DNA of 64,000 nt from an uncultured Gemmatimonadaceae bacterium (GCA_963761305.1 CAVXGK010000002.1:1984001-2048000); one strand, 5' to 3'; positions 28,719-40,076 are shown, counted from the stretch's first letter. The notes: a model not told the origin generated them from the sequence alone. Program-made: numbers and translations.

Positions 28719-31037
28719 CTACTTGTTGCTGTCCACCGCCTTCCTCGGCAACGCGAGCGCGATGAGACCCGTGTGATCGCCGACGCCCGTGGCGAACACG
28801 ATGTACTGGCGGCCCTGGTGCAGGAACGTCATCGGCACCGCTGAATTCACGCTCGGCACCGGCACCGCGCCGACCTGCTTGCCCGTCGCCTTGTCGAAAG
28901 CGAACAGCTGCGGCTGAATTGCGGGCGCACCGGCACCAGCGCCGCCACGACCACCGCCGGCGCCTCTGCCGCCTCGCGCGCCGGCGCGTCCGCCGCCCGG
29001 CGCGCCGCTGCGGCCGGTGCCGTGGATGACGCAGCGTCTTGGTCGTGATCACTTCAGCCTGACCGCCGAGCGCGGGGATCTTCGGCAGATTCACGCCGGC
29101 GAAGAGCGGATCGTTCGTCGCGAGCTGGCGCCACGCGTTGCCGTTCGGCACCCACCACTTCTTCTCGCCACTGTTGAGATCGTACGCCGTGACGCCGCCC
29201 ATCTCCTTCGCTTTGAGAATCGGGATGCCGCCGATCGTCGTCGACGCGCGCGGCTGCGAACGCACCCGCGCCGGTGTCCGCTGTGACGTAGGCTTTCGGC
29301 CGCGGCAGCGCGCCGAGCAGACCGCAGCTGTCGTGCGGTTGGCTGTAGCGGTGCTCCGAACACGGATCGTGCTCCACTTCGATCGTGCCGAGGCCGCTCT
29401 GGCCGCCGACGTAGATCATGCCGGTTTCGGGATCGGCCGCCGTGCCGCCGTCGATGTTCACGCCGCCGGCCGCGCCGGGCGCGTACCAGGAGCAGCGGTA
29501 CTTCGAGGGACCGTTGGCGCCCTTGCCGTCGGCGGGCGAGGCCGGAATGAAGTACGGACCCATGCGGCACTTCTGAGCGAGCTTCAATGCGGAATCTTTG
29601 ATCGCCGGCGTGTAGTCGATGAGATCGGTCGCGCATGAGGCCCTGCTGCGCGTACGGCTCCGGGCGTGTCGGAATCGGTTGCGTCGGCGACGTCTGCTCG
29701 CCCGGCACTTCGCTCTGCAGCACCGGCGTCTCCGGCATCGGCCAGATCGGCTGGCCCGTCACGCGATCGAGGACGTAGACCCAGCCCTGCTTCGTCGTCG
29801 CGGCGATGATCTTGCGCGGCTGGCCGTTGATCGTGACGTCGAGGAGATTCGGCGCCATCGGCGTGTCGTAGTCCCAGATGTCGTGGTGCACGAACTGGAA
29901 ATGCCACTTCCGTTTTCCGGTCTTCGCGTCGATCGCGACGACGCTGTTCGCGAACAGGTTGTTGCCTGGACGATAGCCGCCGTACTCGTCGCTCAAACCT
30001 TCGCCGACGGGGATGTAGACGAGACCCAGTTCGGGATCGGCGCTGTACGTCGCCCACGCGTCGTTCTTGCCGACGCCGATCGTCCCGATCTTCGAGCCGT
30101 TCTTCCACGTCTCGGCGCCGAACTCGCCCGGCTGCGGAATGAGGTTGAATTTCCAGAGCTGCTTGCCCGTGTGCACGTCGAAGCCGCGGATGAAACCAGG
30201 GATGTTGTGCAGTCGTGCAGCGGGTAGTAGCCGTGCATCGACGAGTTGCCGACGACGATCACGTCGCCGACGACGATCGCCGGCGAGCTGTTGCGCGATC
30301 TGTCCCTGCGCCGGATCGATGCCCATCGTGCCGTCGGCGCCGGTCTTCGTCACCGGATTCCACTTCTCGCCGGGCTTCGCCTTTCGCGCCGGCGCGGCTT
30401 CGCTGATGATCGAGCGGACCCGAGTCGTCGACCGCGAGCGGCACGAGCGGATAGCCGAGTCCTTCCATGAGGTCGACGACGCCGTCCTTGCCGAAGTTCG
30501 GGTCGCCCTTCCCCGTCTTCGCGTCGATCGACGCGAGATGATAGCCCGGCGTGATGACGATCGCGCGCTCCTGCGTGCCGTCCGTCCAATACGCGAGTCC
30601 GCGGCCGGCGAATTGGCGCGGCGCCTTCTGCCAGCGAATGCCCTCGTCGATGCCCCACTGCCAGATCGTCTGGCCCGTCGTGGGATCGATCGCGAACGCG
30701 TTTGCGCCGCGTCGTCGCCACGGTGAGCAGCTTGCCGTTCGGCGTAGAGCGGCGTCGTGCGATAGTACTCGTCCTCGCCGTACGTGCCCGCGTTCCACTG
30801 CCACGCGACCTGCAGCGAGTCGAAGTTCGTGGCGTTGATCTGGTCGAGCGCCGAGTAGCGCGTGCTCCACGCGTCCGCGCCCCAGTAGCGCCATTCGCCC
30901 GGCTTGTTGCCGCGCACGAGCTGCGCTCCTTGTCGCGCGCTCAATCGCGTCGCGCCGAAGAAGGCGGTGCCAAGGATCAGCAGAGTCACCGGAACCGCCG
31001 TTCCGATGAAGCGCCGCGTCATCCAGCGTCGCGTCAT
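28719..31037 (-). CDS. PQQ-dependent (quinoprotein glucose-type) dehydrogenase, about 8 apparent frameshifts
   Basis: Fragments across frames: WRYWGAD..STRYSALDQIN, GRGLAYW, GFIRGFDVHTGK, HHDIWDYD, TKQGWVYVLDR, PMTF.HQGRQYI..LALP; reconstructed stop TAG at 28721-28719. Confidence 0.85.
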
Positions 31038-31547
31038 GGCTTTTTCCTCTTTGGTGGTGGAGTCGGCTTGGCTTCGATTCGATATTGCTTGAGCGAATCG
31101 ACGTCGGCGGGCAACTCGTTCGGCCCGACCGGCATCGCGTTCATCTTGAGCAGGTACGCCATCACGTCGGCGACGTCTTCCGGCGCCAGGCTCCCCGGAT
31201 CGTTCTTGGGCATCCGCGTGCTGACGTAGGCAAATAGATCAGACAGATGCCTTCCGCGCCACAATTTGTTGAAGGTCGCGCCCGTGTGCGAGGCCGGCGT
31301 GTGGCAGGACCGGCAACTGTTCGAGGTACACGTCCTTGCCGCGCGACGCCTGCTCGTCGGTGTACACGCCGTCGAGCGTCGAGGGGCCCTTTACCTTGGC
31401 GGTGTCGGCCGCCGCCGGATGGGTGGCTGACGCCGCCGAATGGGTCGCCGCCGGCTGCTTGGTCTGCGCACCGGCTCCGGCGGCCGCAGCAGCCGAGACG
31501 ACGACCAGCGCGCACGCCCATCGCCGGCTTTGGTCCCTGCCCGTCAT
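31034..31547 (-). CDS. Monoheme cytochrome c, one apparent frameshift near 31322
   Basis: TLDGVYTDEQASRGKDVYL then +1 base NSCRSCH...RMPKNDP. Confidence 0.8.
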
Positions 31548-32913
31548 TTCGCGTCGCCCGCCGCCAGGCGCGACCCGCGGGTCAGCCGACCGTAGAGCTC
31601 GAATACGCCCCAGGCGGCCGCGACGATGAACACGACGAACATCAAGCCGCGCAGCGCGCTGGCGGCGAACGCGGGCGTCGAGGTCCGGCATCTCGATGTG
31701 GTAGCTGGCGAGCACGGCCCCGCGGTCGAGCATCCAGTGCCAGGCCGTGTGCGCGACGAACGCCGACAGGATGATCGTCCCCATGCGCTCCTGGACGACG
31801 TGCGAGAAGATCCAGTTGAGCGCCGGCACCGCGACCGCGAGCACCGCCAATTGGCCGAGCTCCACGCCCAGGTTGAATGACACGAGCGACGTCGCCAAGT
31901 GTGACCCGGCGAACTGCAGCGACTCGCGCAGCGCGAACGAGAAGCCGAAGCCGTGCACGAGCCCGAACCCGAACGCCACGATCCAGCGTCGCTCGAGCTT
32001 CGCACCCACAATGTTCTCGAGCGCCATGTAGACGATCGACGCCGCGATCAGCACCTCGATGAGCGGCGGGAACCAGAGCGCGTCGGGCGCGAACCCCGCC
32101 GCCGACGCGATGAGGGTGATCGAGTGCGCCACGGTGAAAGCCGTCACGATCGCGATCGAGCGGCCGAATGCGACGGAACGGAATCACGAGGCACAGCAGG
32201 AACAGCAGGTGGTCGATGCCGGTCAGAATGTGCTCGAAGCCGAGCTTCACGAAGCTCAGCGCCGCCTGGCCCCAACGCGGGTCGAGGTGCACCAAGCCAG
32301 GATCGCCCAGATACTCAAAATCCCGCTCGCCGCCGCTAATCGGCAGAAATCGCAGCACGGTCGTCGTGCGCACGGCGAGCCGGGCGAGCCCGGGGTCGAT
32401 CGAGAACCGCGAGCTGTCGGACGCGATGGGATAGTCGAGCACGACGTCGAGCATCGCTTGCTTCCACGGCAGTTGGGTCGCGGTGTCCATCGGCGCCGAG
32501 CTGGCGTGGGCAACGGCGCTGTCGAAGCTCGTGAACGAACGGTCCGAGGGCAGTGACACGCGCGCCGCGACGACCTTCGCGTCGCCCAGCGGTGCGTCGT
32601 TCTCGTAGAGATGCAGGTCGCCCGCCAGCCAGACGCGCGCGGCGTCCTTGAGCAGCGGCGTCGACCGACCGATGTCGAGGTAGCCCGGTCCAACCAGCGG
32701 AAAGTTGACGTCGCGCATCGCCTCGAGCGGCGCGCGGATCACGACGCGAAGATTCCGCCCGGCCGGCTTGATGAACACGAACACCCGCACGCTCGACGGG
32801 ATGTCGTGGGCGAAGTCCTCACTCGGCAGCGCGATCAGGAGCGTCGACGCGAAAACCGCGGCTAAAACCGCGCGCGCACCTGGACGTACAGGACTCCGAC
32901 CCCGTAGAATCAC
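31544..32913 (-). CDS. HupE/UreJ-family membrane protein with periplasmic N-terminal domain, two apparent frameshifts; start uncertain
   Basis: AHDIP after signal; LGFEHILTGIDHLLFL, TAFTVAHSITL, FGLVHGFGF, FNLGVELGQ. Confidence 0.85.
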
Positions 32914-33000
32914 GCAACTCGCTCCATGGACGCACGAGTATATAGCGCGTGCATGGACGTTGGAACGGCGGTCCGGTCCGAGTCGAGTCGAGGAGATGGC

Positions 33001-34341
33001 ATGAACCGAGGTATTACGCTGTTCGGCGCCTCGCTGTTGTTGTCGAGCGGAGTGCTCGCGGCGCAAACGACGTCTCGCCAGGCGGCGGCCAAACCGGCGG
33101 CCAACCAGGCGCCGAAGTTCGAGGTCGATCCGATGTGGCCAAAACCGCTCGCGAACCGGTGGATCCTCGGATCCTCGACCGGCGTCGCGGTCGACGCGCG
33201 CGACCACGTGTACATGGTCCACATGACCGACACGTTCACGCCGCGCACGGAGATCGGCTTAGCAACGAACCCGCCGACCGGTGAGTGCTGCGCGCCGGCG
33301 CCCAACGTGCTCGAATACGACGCGGCCGGAAACCTCGTCAACCATTGGGGCGGCCCGGGCGCCGGCTACGACTGGCCGGCGCAGAACACCGGGCTCGCCG
33401 TGGACGACAGCGGCAACGTCTGGATCGGCGGCGCGGGCGGACAGGATTCGAGAATTCTCAAGTTCTCGCGCGACGGCAAGTTCATCGCGCAATTCGGCAA
33501 GGCGCCCGCCGTCGCCGCGGCCGCCCCTCCCGCGGGCGGTGCCGGCCGCGGTCCGGATACGGCGTACGCCGGTGTGTCGCCGGGTCGCGGCGCGGCGGGT
33601 CGGGGCGCCGCTGGCGGCCGAGGTGGGCGCGGGGGACGCGGCGGTGGGCCGCCGCCGCTGCCCGCCAACAGCACGAGCATGGACAGCTTCGGCGGCGCCG
33701 GTGGGCTTCTCGTTCGACACAAAGGCCAACGAAGCCTTCGTCGCCGACGGCGCCCGCAATCATCGCGTGGCCGTGATCGACATGACGACGGGCGCGATCA
33801 AGCGCTTCTGGGGCGCGTACGGCAAGCCGCCGAACGACGCCGACTCGGCGAAGTACGAGCCCGGCGGCCCGGCGCCGAAGCAGTTCGGCAGCCCGGTGCT
33901 CTGCGCCAAGCTCTCGAACGACGGCCTCGTCTACGTGTGCGACACGCAGAACGATCGCATCCAGGTGTTCAAGAAGGACGGATCGTTCGTGAAGGAGAAA
34001 GTCATCGCACCGAACACTCGAGGCGACGGTTCCGTGTGGGACGTCGCGTTCTCGCGCGACCCGAGGCAGCGATTCCTCTACGTCGCCGACGGCTCGAACA
34101 TGAAGGTCCACATCCTCGACCGTGAGTCGCTCGACGAGCTGACGAGCGTTCGGCGACGGCGGCAGGCAGCCCGGCCAGTTCTACGCCGTGCACAGCGTCG
34201 CGACCGACTCCAAGGGCAACCTCTACACCGTCGAGACGTACGAGGGCAAACGCATCCAAAAGTTCAACATACCACGGACTCCAAGCCGTGAAATCGACGA
34301 GCGAAGGCGTGCTCTGGCCGTCGGCCGGGAGCAAGAAGTGA
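33001..34341 (+). CDS. NHL/PAL-like beta-propeller with degenerate active site, three apparent frameshifts
   Basis: FEVDPMWPKPL, ECCAPAP, VCDTQNDRIQVF, AVHSVATDSKGN; reconstructed stop overlaps next GTG (GTGA). Confidence 0.8.
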
Positions 34342-35553
34342 AGCCGCGCACGAAGGTCGCCGCCGGCGCGCTGCTCGTCGCGGCGTTCGCCGCGTTCGGC
34401 GTCGGACAACGCGCGCTCGACGCGTCGGCGCGTGCGTCGATGGTGCAAGCGCCGCGCTTCGAGGTCGATCCGCTCTGGCCCAAGCCGCTGCCCAACCACT
34501 GGGTGCTCGGCAACGTCATCGGCGTGGGCGTGGACGCGCACGATCACGTGTTCATCGTGCACCGCAACGACACGTTCGACGCGCGCAACGAGATCGGCGC
34601 GGCGCAGAAGCCGCCGCTCAGCGAGTGCTGCGTGCCGGCGCCGCCGGTGCTGGAGTTCGATCCGGCCGGCAATCTCGTGAAGGCGTGGGGCGGTCCCGAG
34701 CCGGGACACGACTGGCCCGAGTCGAACCACGGCATCTCGATCGACAACAAGAACAACGTGTGGATCGGCGGCAACGGCACGTGCGCGGGTCCGGGATCGG
34801 CCGACTGCCCCCAAGGCACGATCGATTCGTTCATCCTCAAGTTCACGCACGACGGCAAGTTCCTGATGGAGATCGGCAAGCCGCACGAGACGGTGAACAG
34901 CAACAGCAACGGAGCACTTCGGCCGCGTCGCCAAGATCTCCTTCGACCTGAAGGCCAACGAAGCGTTCGTCGCCGACGGCTACGGCAACAAACGCGTCGC
35001 CGTGCTCGACATGGACAACGGCGCGATCAAGCGGTTCTGGGGCGCGTACGGCCACGTGCCATCGGACTCGAATCTCGGACCCTACGACCCCGACGCGCCG
35101 CTCGCGCAGCAGTTCAGAAATCCCGTGCACTGCGCCGAGCCGACGCCGGACGGTCTGGTGTACGTGTGCGACCGCGTGAACGACCGCATTCAGGTGTTCA
35201 AGAAGAACGGCGAGTTCGTCAAGGAGAAAATCATCAAGCCGCAGACGAAGGGCGACGGCTCGGTGTGGGACATCGCGTTCTCGCGCGACCCGCAGCAGAA
35301 ATACATCTTCCTCGCCGACGGCAAGAACGAGCGCGTGTACGTGATGGACCGCCAGTCGCTGGAGATCATCACCCAGTTCGGCGATGGCGGCCGGCAGCCC
35401 GGCGAGTTCTTCGCCGTGCACAGCATCGCCACCGATTCCAAGGGCAACATCTACACGACCGAGACGTACGAGGGCAAGCGCATTCAGAAGTTCGTATATA
35501 AAGGAATGGCGGCCGTCGACACGAATCAGGGCGTCGTCTGGCCGAAGCGATAA
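34338..35553 (+). CDS. NHL/PAL-like beta-propeller with complete PAL-type active site, one apparent frameshift near 34911
   Basis: SNHGI, ADGYGNKRV, NPVHCA, VCDRVNDRIQVF, AVHSIA. Confidence 0.82.
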
Positions 35554-35587
35554 CCGCATCCTCCACCCACCCACATCAGGACATCCC

Positions 35588-36199
35588 GTGCGATTCACTT
35601 CGTTGATCCTCCTCGGCGCCCCACTGGGCGCGATGCTCGCCCAAAGCGCGCCCGCGCAGTCAGGTTCGCCGGCGTTGACCGCCGTCGCGATGACCGAAGC
35701 GCAGCAGATCGCCGCCGCGGTGCTCCCGCTTCCCGCCGAGGCGCGCGGTGAGGCGAAGGTGATGGGCTACAAGAACGGAAGCCCGAAGCTCGTCACGTTG
35801 CGTGAAGGAAAGACGTTCACGTGCTTTCTCCCCGAGGCGGCCGGCAAGAGCTTTCACGCCGCGTGCTACCATCAGTCGCTCGAGCCCTTCATGGCCCGCG
35901 GGCGCGAGTTGCGCGCGAGCGGCGTGAAGGACGACAAGGTCGACACCGTTCGCTTCGCCGAGGTGAAGTCCGGCAAGCTCGCGATGCCGAAGCAGCCGGC
36001 GACGATGTACCAGCTCTTCGGCGGCGCCTTCGATCCGGCGACGAACGCGGCGCCCGGCTCCAAGGCGCTGATCGTCGTCTACATCTCCGGCGCGACCGGC
36101 GCCTCGACGGGCCTCCCGGAGAAGCCGTCGGACAACGGGATGTGGATCATGTACCCCGGCACGCCGAAGGCGCACATCATGCTCACGCCCAAGATGTAG
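35588..36199 (+). CDS. Hypothetical secreted protein
   Basis: Signal peptide, host-like codon usage, C-terminal WIMYPGTPKAHIM. Confidence 0.7.
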   Translation: MRFTSLILLGAPLGAMLAQSAPAQSGSPALTAVAMTEAQQIAAAVLPLPAEARGEAKVMGYKNGSPKLVTLREGKTFTCFLPEAAGKSFHAACYHQSLEPFMARGRELRASGVKDDKVDTVRFAEVKSGKLAMPKQPATMYQLFGGAFDPATNAAPGSKALIVVYISGATGASTGLPEKPSDNGMWIMYPGTPKAHIMLTPKM

Positions 36200-36218
36200 C
36201 GGGCGCCGAGTCCCACCG

Positions 36219-36644
36219 ATGACGCCCCCAACGGTTGGTCAGCGCGCGAGCCGCTCGCTGACACTCTCCGGCAAGCACGTCGAGATCTTCGCCGAACTGA
36301 CCGGCGATTACAATCCGCTCCACTTCGATCCCGGCTTCGCCGAGCGAACGCGCTTCGGCGCGCTCGTGGTGCAGGGCGGGCTCACCACGGGGCTGCTGCA
36401 CGCGCTCGTGGCGATGGATCTGCCCGGGCCCGGGTCGGTGTTTCTGAGCCAGAACTGGAAGTTCACCGCGCCGGTGTTCATTGGGGATACGATCACCGCG
36501 CACGCCGAAGTGTTGAGCGTCCACGCGACCAAGCCGGTGACACAGCTGCGGTGCCAGATCACGCGGCAAACCGGCGAGACGGTGCTCGAGGGCGAGGCGT
36601 GGTGCTATACCATGGCGGCGGACGGAGGGGCGACGTCGGCTTGA
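36219..36644 (+). CDS. MaoC-like (hotdog-fold) dehydratase
   Basis: FAELTGDYNPLH, VQGGL, LPGPG, FTAPVFIGDTI. Confidence 0.92.
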   Translation: MTPPTVGQRASRSLTLSGKHVEIFAELTGDYNPLHFDPGFAERTRFGALVVQGGLTTGLLHALVAMDLPGPGSVFLSQNWKFTAPVFIGDTITAHAEVLSVHATKPVTQLRCQITRQTGETVLEGEAWCYTMAADGGATSA

Positions 36645-36718
36645 CGGCTTGACGGCCTGACAGCTCGGCAGCCGTGCGCGGGCTTGCGGTCCTCTCCTCG
36701 AAGGCGGATGATAAGCTG

Positions 36719-38260
36719 ATGCGCTCGCTTCTCAGCCTGTTCGCGCTCGCTTTCCTCGCGACATCGGCGGTCGCGCAGACCACGGTCGTCAGCGGTACGC
36801 GTCCGGCGCGCCTCATCATCCGCAACGCCACCGTCGTCGACGGCAACGGCACTCCCGCCAAGGGTCCGTTCGACATCGTCGTCGAAGGCAACACGATCAC
36901 CCAAGTCGTCGCCCTCGACGCGGTGTCGCTCGGGCGCGGCGGCGCGGGACGTCGCCCGCGCGCCGAGGCCGGCACGGCGGAGATCGACGCGACGGGCAAG
37001 TACGTTCTGCCCGGGCTGATCAACGTGCACGCGCACATGCAGGACGAGCGCGGCGGCACGCCCCAGCCCATCGAATACGAATTCAAGATCTGGCTCGCCT
37101 GCGGGATCACGGCCATCCGCGACGTCGGCAGCGATACCCGCAAGGCGCTCGCCTGGCGCGACGCCAGCGCCAAAGGCACGCTCGAGGCGCCACGCATCTT
37201 CGTCTATCCGCAATTCGGCCGGCCCACCAACCCTGACTCGGCGCGCGCCCGCGTGCGCGCGCTCAAGGCAATGGGTGCGGACGGCATCAAGATCCTCGGC
37301 ATCGACCGCGACATCATGCAGGTGATGGAAGAGGAGGCGCACAAGGAAGGACTGCGCATCGCGCACCACGTGGGCGTCGAGGAGACGAACGCCTGGGACG
37401 ACATTCACTTCGGCACGACGAGCATCGAGCACTGGTACGGCATCCCGGACGCCGCGATTCCCGACGGCGTGCAGAATTTCCCGTCGTACTACAACTACAA
37501 CAACGAGACGGACCGCTTCCGCTGGGCGGGCCACCTCTGGCGCGAAGCCGATCCGGCGCGCCTACAGATGGTGCTCGACTCGATGATCGCGCACCACGTG
37601 GCGTGGGTGCCGACGCTCGACATCTATGAAGCGTCGAGGGACCTGCAGCGAGCGCAGACGCAGCCCTGGTTCGCCGACTATCTGCACCCGACGCTCGCCG
37701 ACTACTTCAAGCCCGATCCCGCGAATCACGGATCCTATTTCTTCGGGTGGACGTCCACCGACGAGACGTTCTGGAAAGAGAATTATCGAATCTGGATGAG
37801 CGCCGTACGCGACTTCGAGCGGAAAGGCGGCCTCGTGGGCGCCGGTGACGACGCGGGCTTCATCTATCAGATGTATGGCTTCGGGTTGCTTAGGGAGCTC
37901 GAGCTGCACCAGGAGGCCGGGTTCAATACGATCAAAGTCATCCAGCACGCCACCTTCAACAACGCCCGCATCCTCGGCAAAGAGACCGAAATCGGCCGGG
38001 TGCGCCAGGGATTCAAGGCGGACCTGATCGTGGTGAACGGCAATCCGTTGGAGAACCTGAAAGTGCTCTACCCGACGGGCGTCGACGACATCAAGAACGG
38101 CAAACCGGTGCACACCGGCGGCGTCGAGTGGACGATCAAGGACGGCATTCCCTACCATGGACCGACGCTCATGGCCGAGGTGAAGCAGATGGTCGCCAAG
38201 GCTCGGGCGGAGCGCGGAACGAAGGCCGATCGAACGAGCAAGAGTGAACCAAATCGCTGA
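36719..38260 (+). CDS. Amidohydrolase superfamily protein, secreted
   Basis: DATGKYVLPGLINVHAH, GITAIRDVG, SIEH, ADLIVVNGNPL. Confidence 0.9.
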   Translation: MRSLLSLFALAFLATSAVAQTTVVSGTRPARLIIRNATVVDGNGTPAKGPFDIVVEGNTITQVVALDAVSLGRGGAGRRPRAEAGTAEIDATGKYVLPGLINVHAHMQDERGGTPQPIEYEFKIWLACGITAIRDVGSDTRKALAWRDASAKGTLEAPRIFVYPQFGRPTNPDSARARVRALKAMGADGIKILGIDRDIMQVMEEEAHKEGLRIAHHVGVEETNAWDDIHFGTTSIEHWYGIPDAAIPDGVQNFPSYYNYNNETDRFRWAGHLWREADPARLQMVLDSMIAHHVAWVPTLDIYEASRDLQRAQTQPWFADYLHPTLADYFKPDPANHGSYFFGWTSTDETFWKENYRIWMSAVRDFERKGGLVGAGDDAGFIYQMYGFGLLRELELHQEAGFNTIKVIQHATFNNARILGKETEIGRVRQGFKADLIVVNGNPLENLKVLYPTGVDDIKNGKPVHTGGVEWTIKDGIPYHGPTLMAEVKQMVAKARAERGTKADRTSKSEPNR

Positions 38261-39497
38261 CGCCGTCGCGTCCCGGTGGCACAGCCGCTGGGAGCGGGAG
38301 GAGGAGACCGACACGCCGGTGCCCACCGGCGCTGGCGTGAGTGGATGGACGGGCCTCACCCTCGGAATCGTCGCCCTGTTTACGTCGGCGTGGATCTTCC
38401 TTCCGCCGCCGAACTACTTCTTTCTTCGCTTCGCGGTCGGCGCGCCGGAGCTGTGCGGATGGATCGGCGTGCTGGCAATCGTCGCCATCGGGCTGGCGAT
38501 GCGGAATTCGACGCGATCGAGGACGTCGAAGGTCGCCATCGTCGTCGGACTCGTCGCACTCGCCATGGCGGAGAGCGTGTTCTTCCGGCTGGGCGCGACG
38601 ATCCGCGATCTGAACGCCCAGGGCGGCGTGATGCTTCGCGAGCCGGCGAATCCACTGCGCACCGTGCCGGTGAGCGTCGTCGATCTCTTCCGCGGCATCG
38701 ACGTTCCTGACGCGCGGATCACGCGCGGGCTGGTGTTCGGCGCGCCCGACGGTCACCCACTCACGGTCGACGTCTACCGTCCGCAGACGCCGGGTCGGTT
38801 CCCCGTCGTGGTGCAGCTGTACGGCGGATCCTGGCGGAGCGGCGAGCCCGGCGAGCATTCGGACTTCGCGGAATGGCTGGCCGGGGCCGGATACGTCGTC
38901 TTCGCGATCGACTACCGCCACGCGCCGCAATACCGCTGGCCCCTCCAGCTCGACGACATCGATTCGGCGCTCGCCTGGATCAACGCGCACGCCAACGAAT
39001 ACGAGGCCGACACAAACCGCATCGTTCTATTAGGCCGCTCGGCCGGCGCGCACCTGGCGATGATGGCGGCCTACGAGAAACCGCGCCCGGGCATTCGCGG
39101 CGTGATCAGCCTCTACGGACCGATCGATCTGGCCGAAGCGTATCGAAATCCGCCGCGCCCCGATCCGCTCCACATTCGCCCGATCGAGGAAGGATTCATC
39201 GGCGGACCGCCGAACAAATTCCCGCAGGCCTACGCCGATGCCTCACCGATGTCGTACGCGACGGCCGACCGCGGACGCTCCCTGCCGCCGACGCTGTTGA
39301 TCTACGGTGGGCGCGACAATGTGGTCGAGCCGAAGTACGCGCGGCTGTTCGCGGAAAGGCTGAACGAGTCCGGGACGTCGGCGGGCTACCTGGAGATTCC
39401 GTGGGCGGAGCATGCGTTCGACGAGGTGTTCAGCGGGGTGAGCTCGCAGTTGAGTTTGTACTACACAGAGAGGTTTTTGGCGTGGGCGGATCGGTGA
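38244..39497 (+). CDS. Membrane-anchored alpha/beta hydrolase (HSL-like esterase)
   Basis: N-terminal TMs; YGGSW, GRSAG, GGRD, EHAFD. Confidence 0.88.
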   Translation: MNQIADAVASRWHSRWEREEETDTPVPTGAGVSGWTGLTLGIVALFTSAWIFLPPPNYFFLRFAVGAPELCGWIGVLAIVAIGLAMRNSTRSRTSKVAIVVGLVALAMAESVFFRLGATIRDLNAQGGVMLREPANPLRTVPVSVVDLFRGIDVPDARITRGLVFGAPDGHPLTVDVYRPQTPGRFPVVVQLYGGSWRSGEPGEHSDFAEWLAGAGYVVFAIDYRHAPQYRWPLQLDDIDSALAWINAHANEYEADTNRIVLLGRSAGAHLAMMAAYEKPRPGIRGVISLYGPIDLAEAYRNPPRPDPLHIRPIEEGFIGGPPNKFPQAYADASPMSYATADRGRSLPPTLLIYGGRDNVVEPKYARLFAERLNESGTSAGYLEIPWAEHAFDEVFSGVSSQLSLYYTERFLAWADR

Positions 39498-39593
39498 CCC
39501 GCCAGCTGGCTGACTGAGCCCTTCGCCCCCGCGTGGAAACGGCTCGCCCCCGCGCGCTTTACCGGTGCCGCGACTCGCGCCAAGCTCAACGCC

Positions 39594-40076
39594 ATGCCAA
39601 TCCTCGGTGTCGCCCTCCTCGTCGCCGTCCTCGACGGCGCCTTTGCCGTCCTGTACTACGTCAACGTCCTCGGCGCAGCAGCGTTTCGCCGAGTGTGGCA
39701 GAGTGTTGCGTCGGGGTGGATGGGGAAGGCGTCGTTTGATGGCGGGGCGGCGACGGTGTCGCTCGGGTTGGCGACGCACTTGCTCGTCGCGCTGATCTGG
39801 ACCCTCATCTACACGTTCGTCGTCCAGCGGATCGCGATCGTCGAACGGCTCGTCAAGACTCCGCGTGGCCGCGTCCTCGTGGGCGTGGCGTTCGGCGCCT
39901 TCATTTGGCTGTTCATGAACTTTGCTGTCGTACCGCTCTCTCAGGCGCACCAGTCATCGCCCGCGACGTGGCGATTCTGGGGAATGTTGGCGTGGCACAT
40001 GATCGGCGTCGGACCGCCGCTGGTGTGGTTCACGCGTCCGGTGCGGGCAACCGCAGCGCTAGCCGCGGTGCCGTGA
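39594..40076 (+). CDS. Hypothetical membrane protein (about 4 TM)
   Basis: WQSVASGWMG, GLATH, MNFAVVPLS, HMIGVGPP. Confidence 0.75.
   Translation: MPILGVALLVAVLDGAFAVLYYVNVLGAAAFRRVWQSVASGWMGKASFDGGAATVSLGLATHLLVALIWTLIYTFVVQRIAIVERLVKTPRGRVLVGVAFGAFIWLFMNFAVVPLSQAHQSSPATWRFWGMLAWHMIGVGPPLVWFTRPVRATAALAAVP

Noticed and set aside
28719..35553. Calling the frameshifted genes pseudogenes or programmed frameshifts
   Set aside because: No nonsense substitutions or slippery heptamers. The extra bases sit after wobble positions, which favours an assembly artefact.
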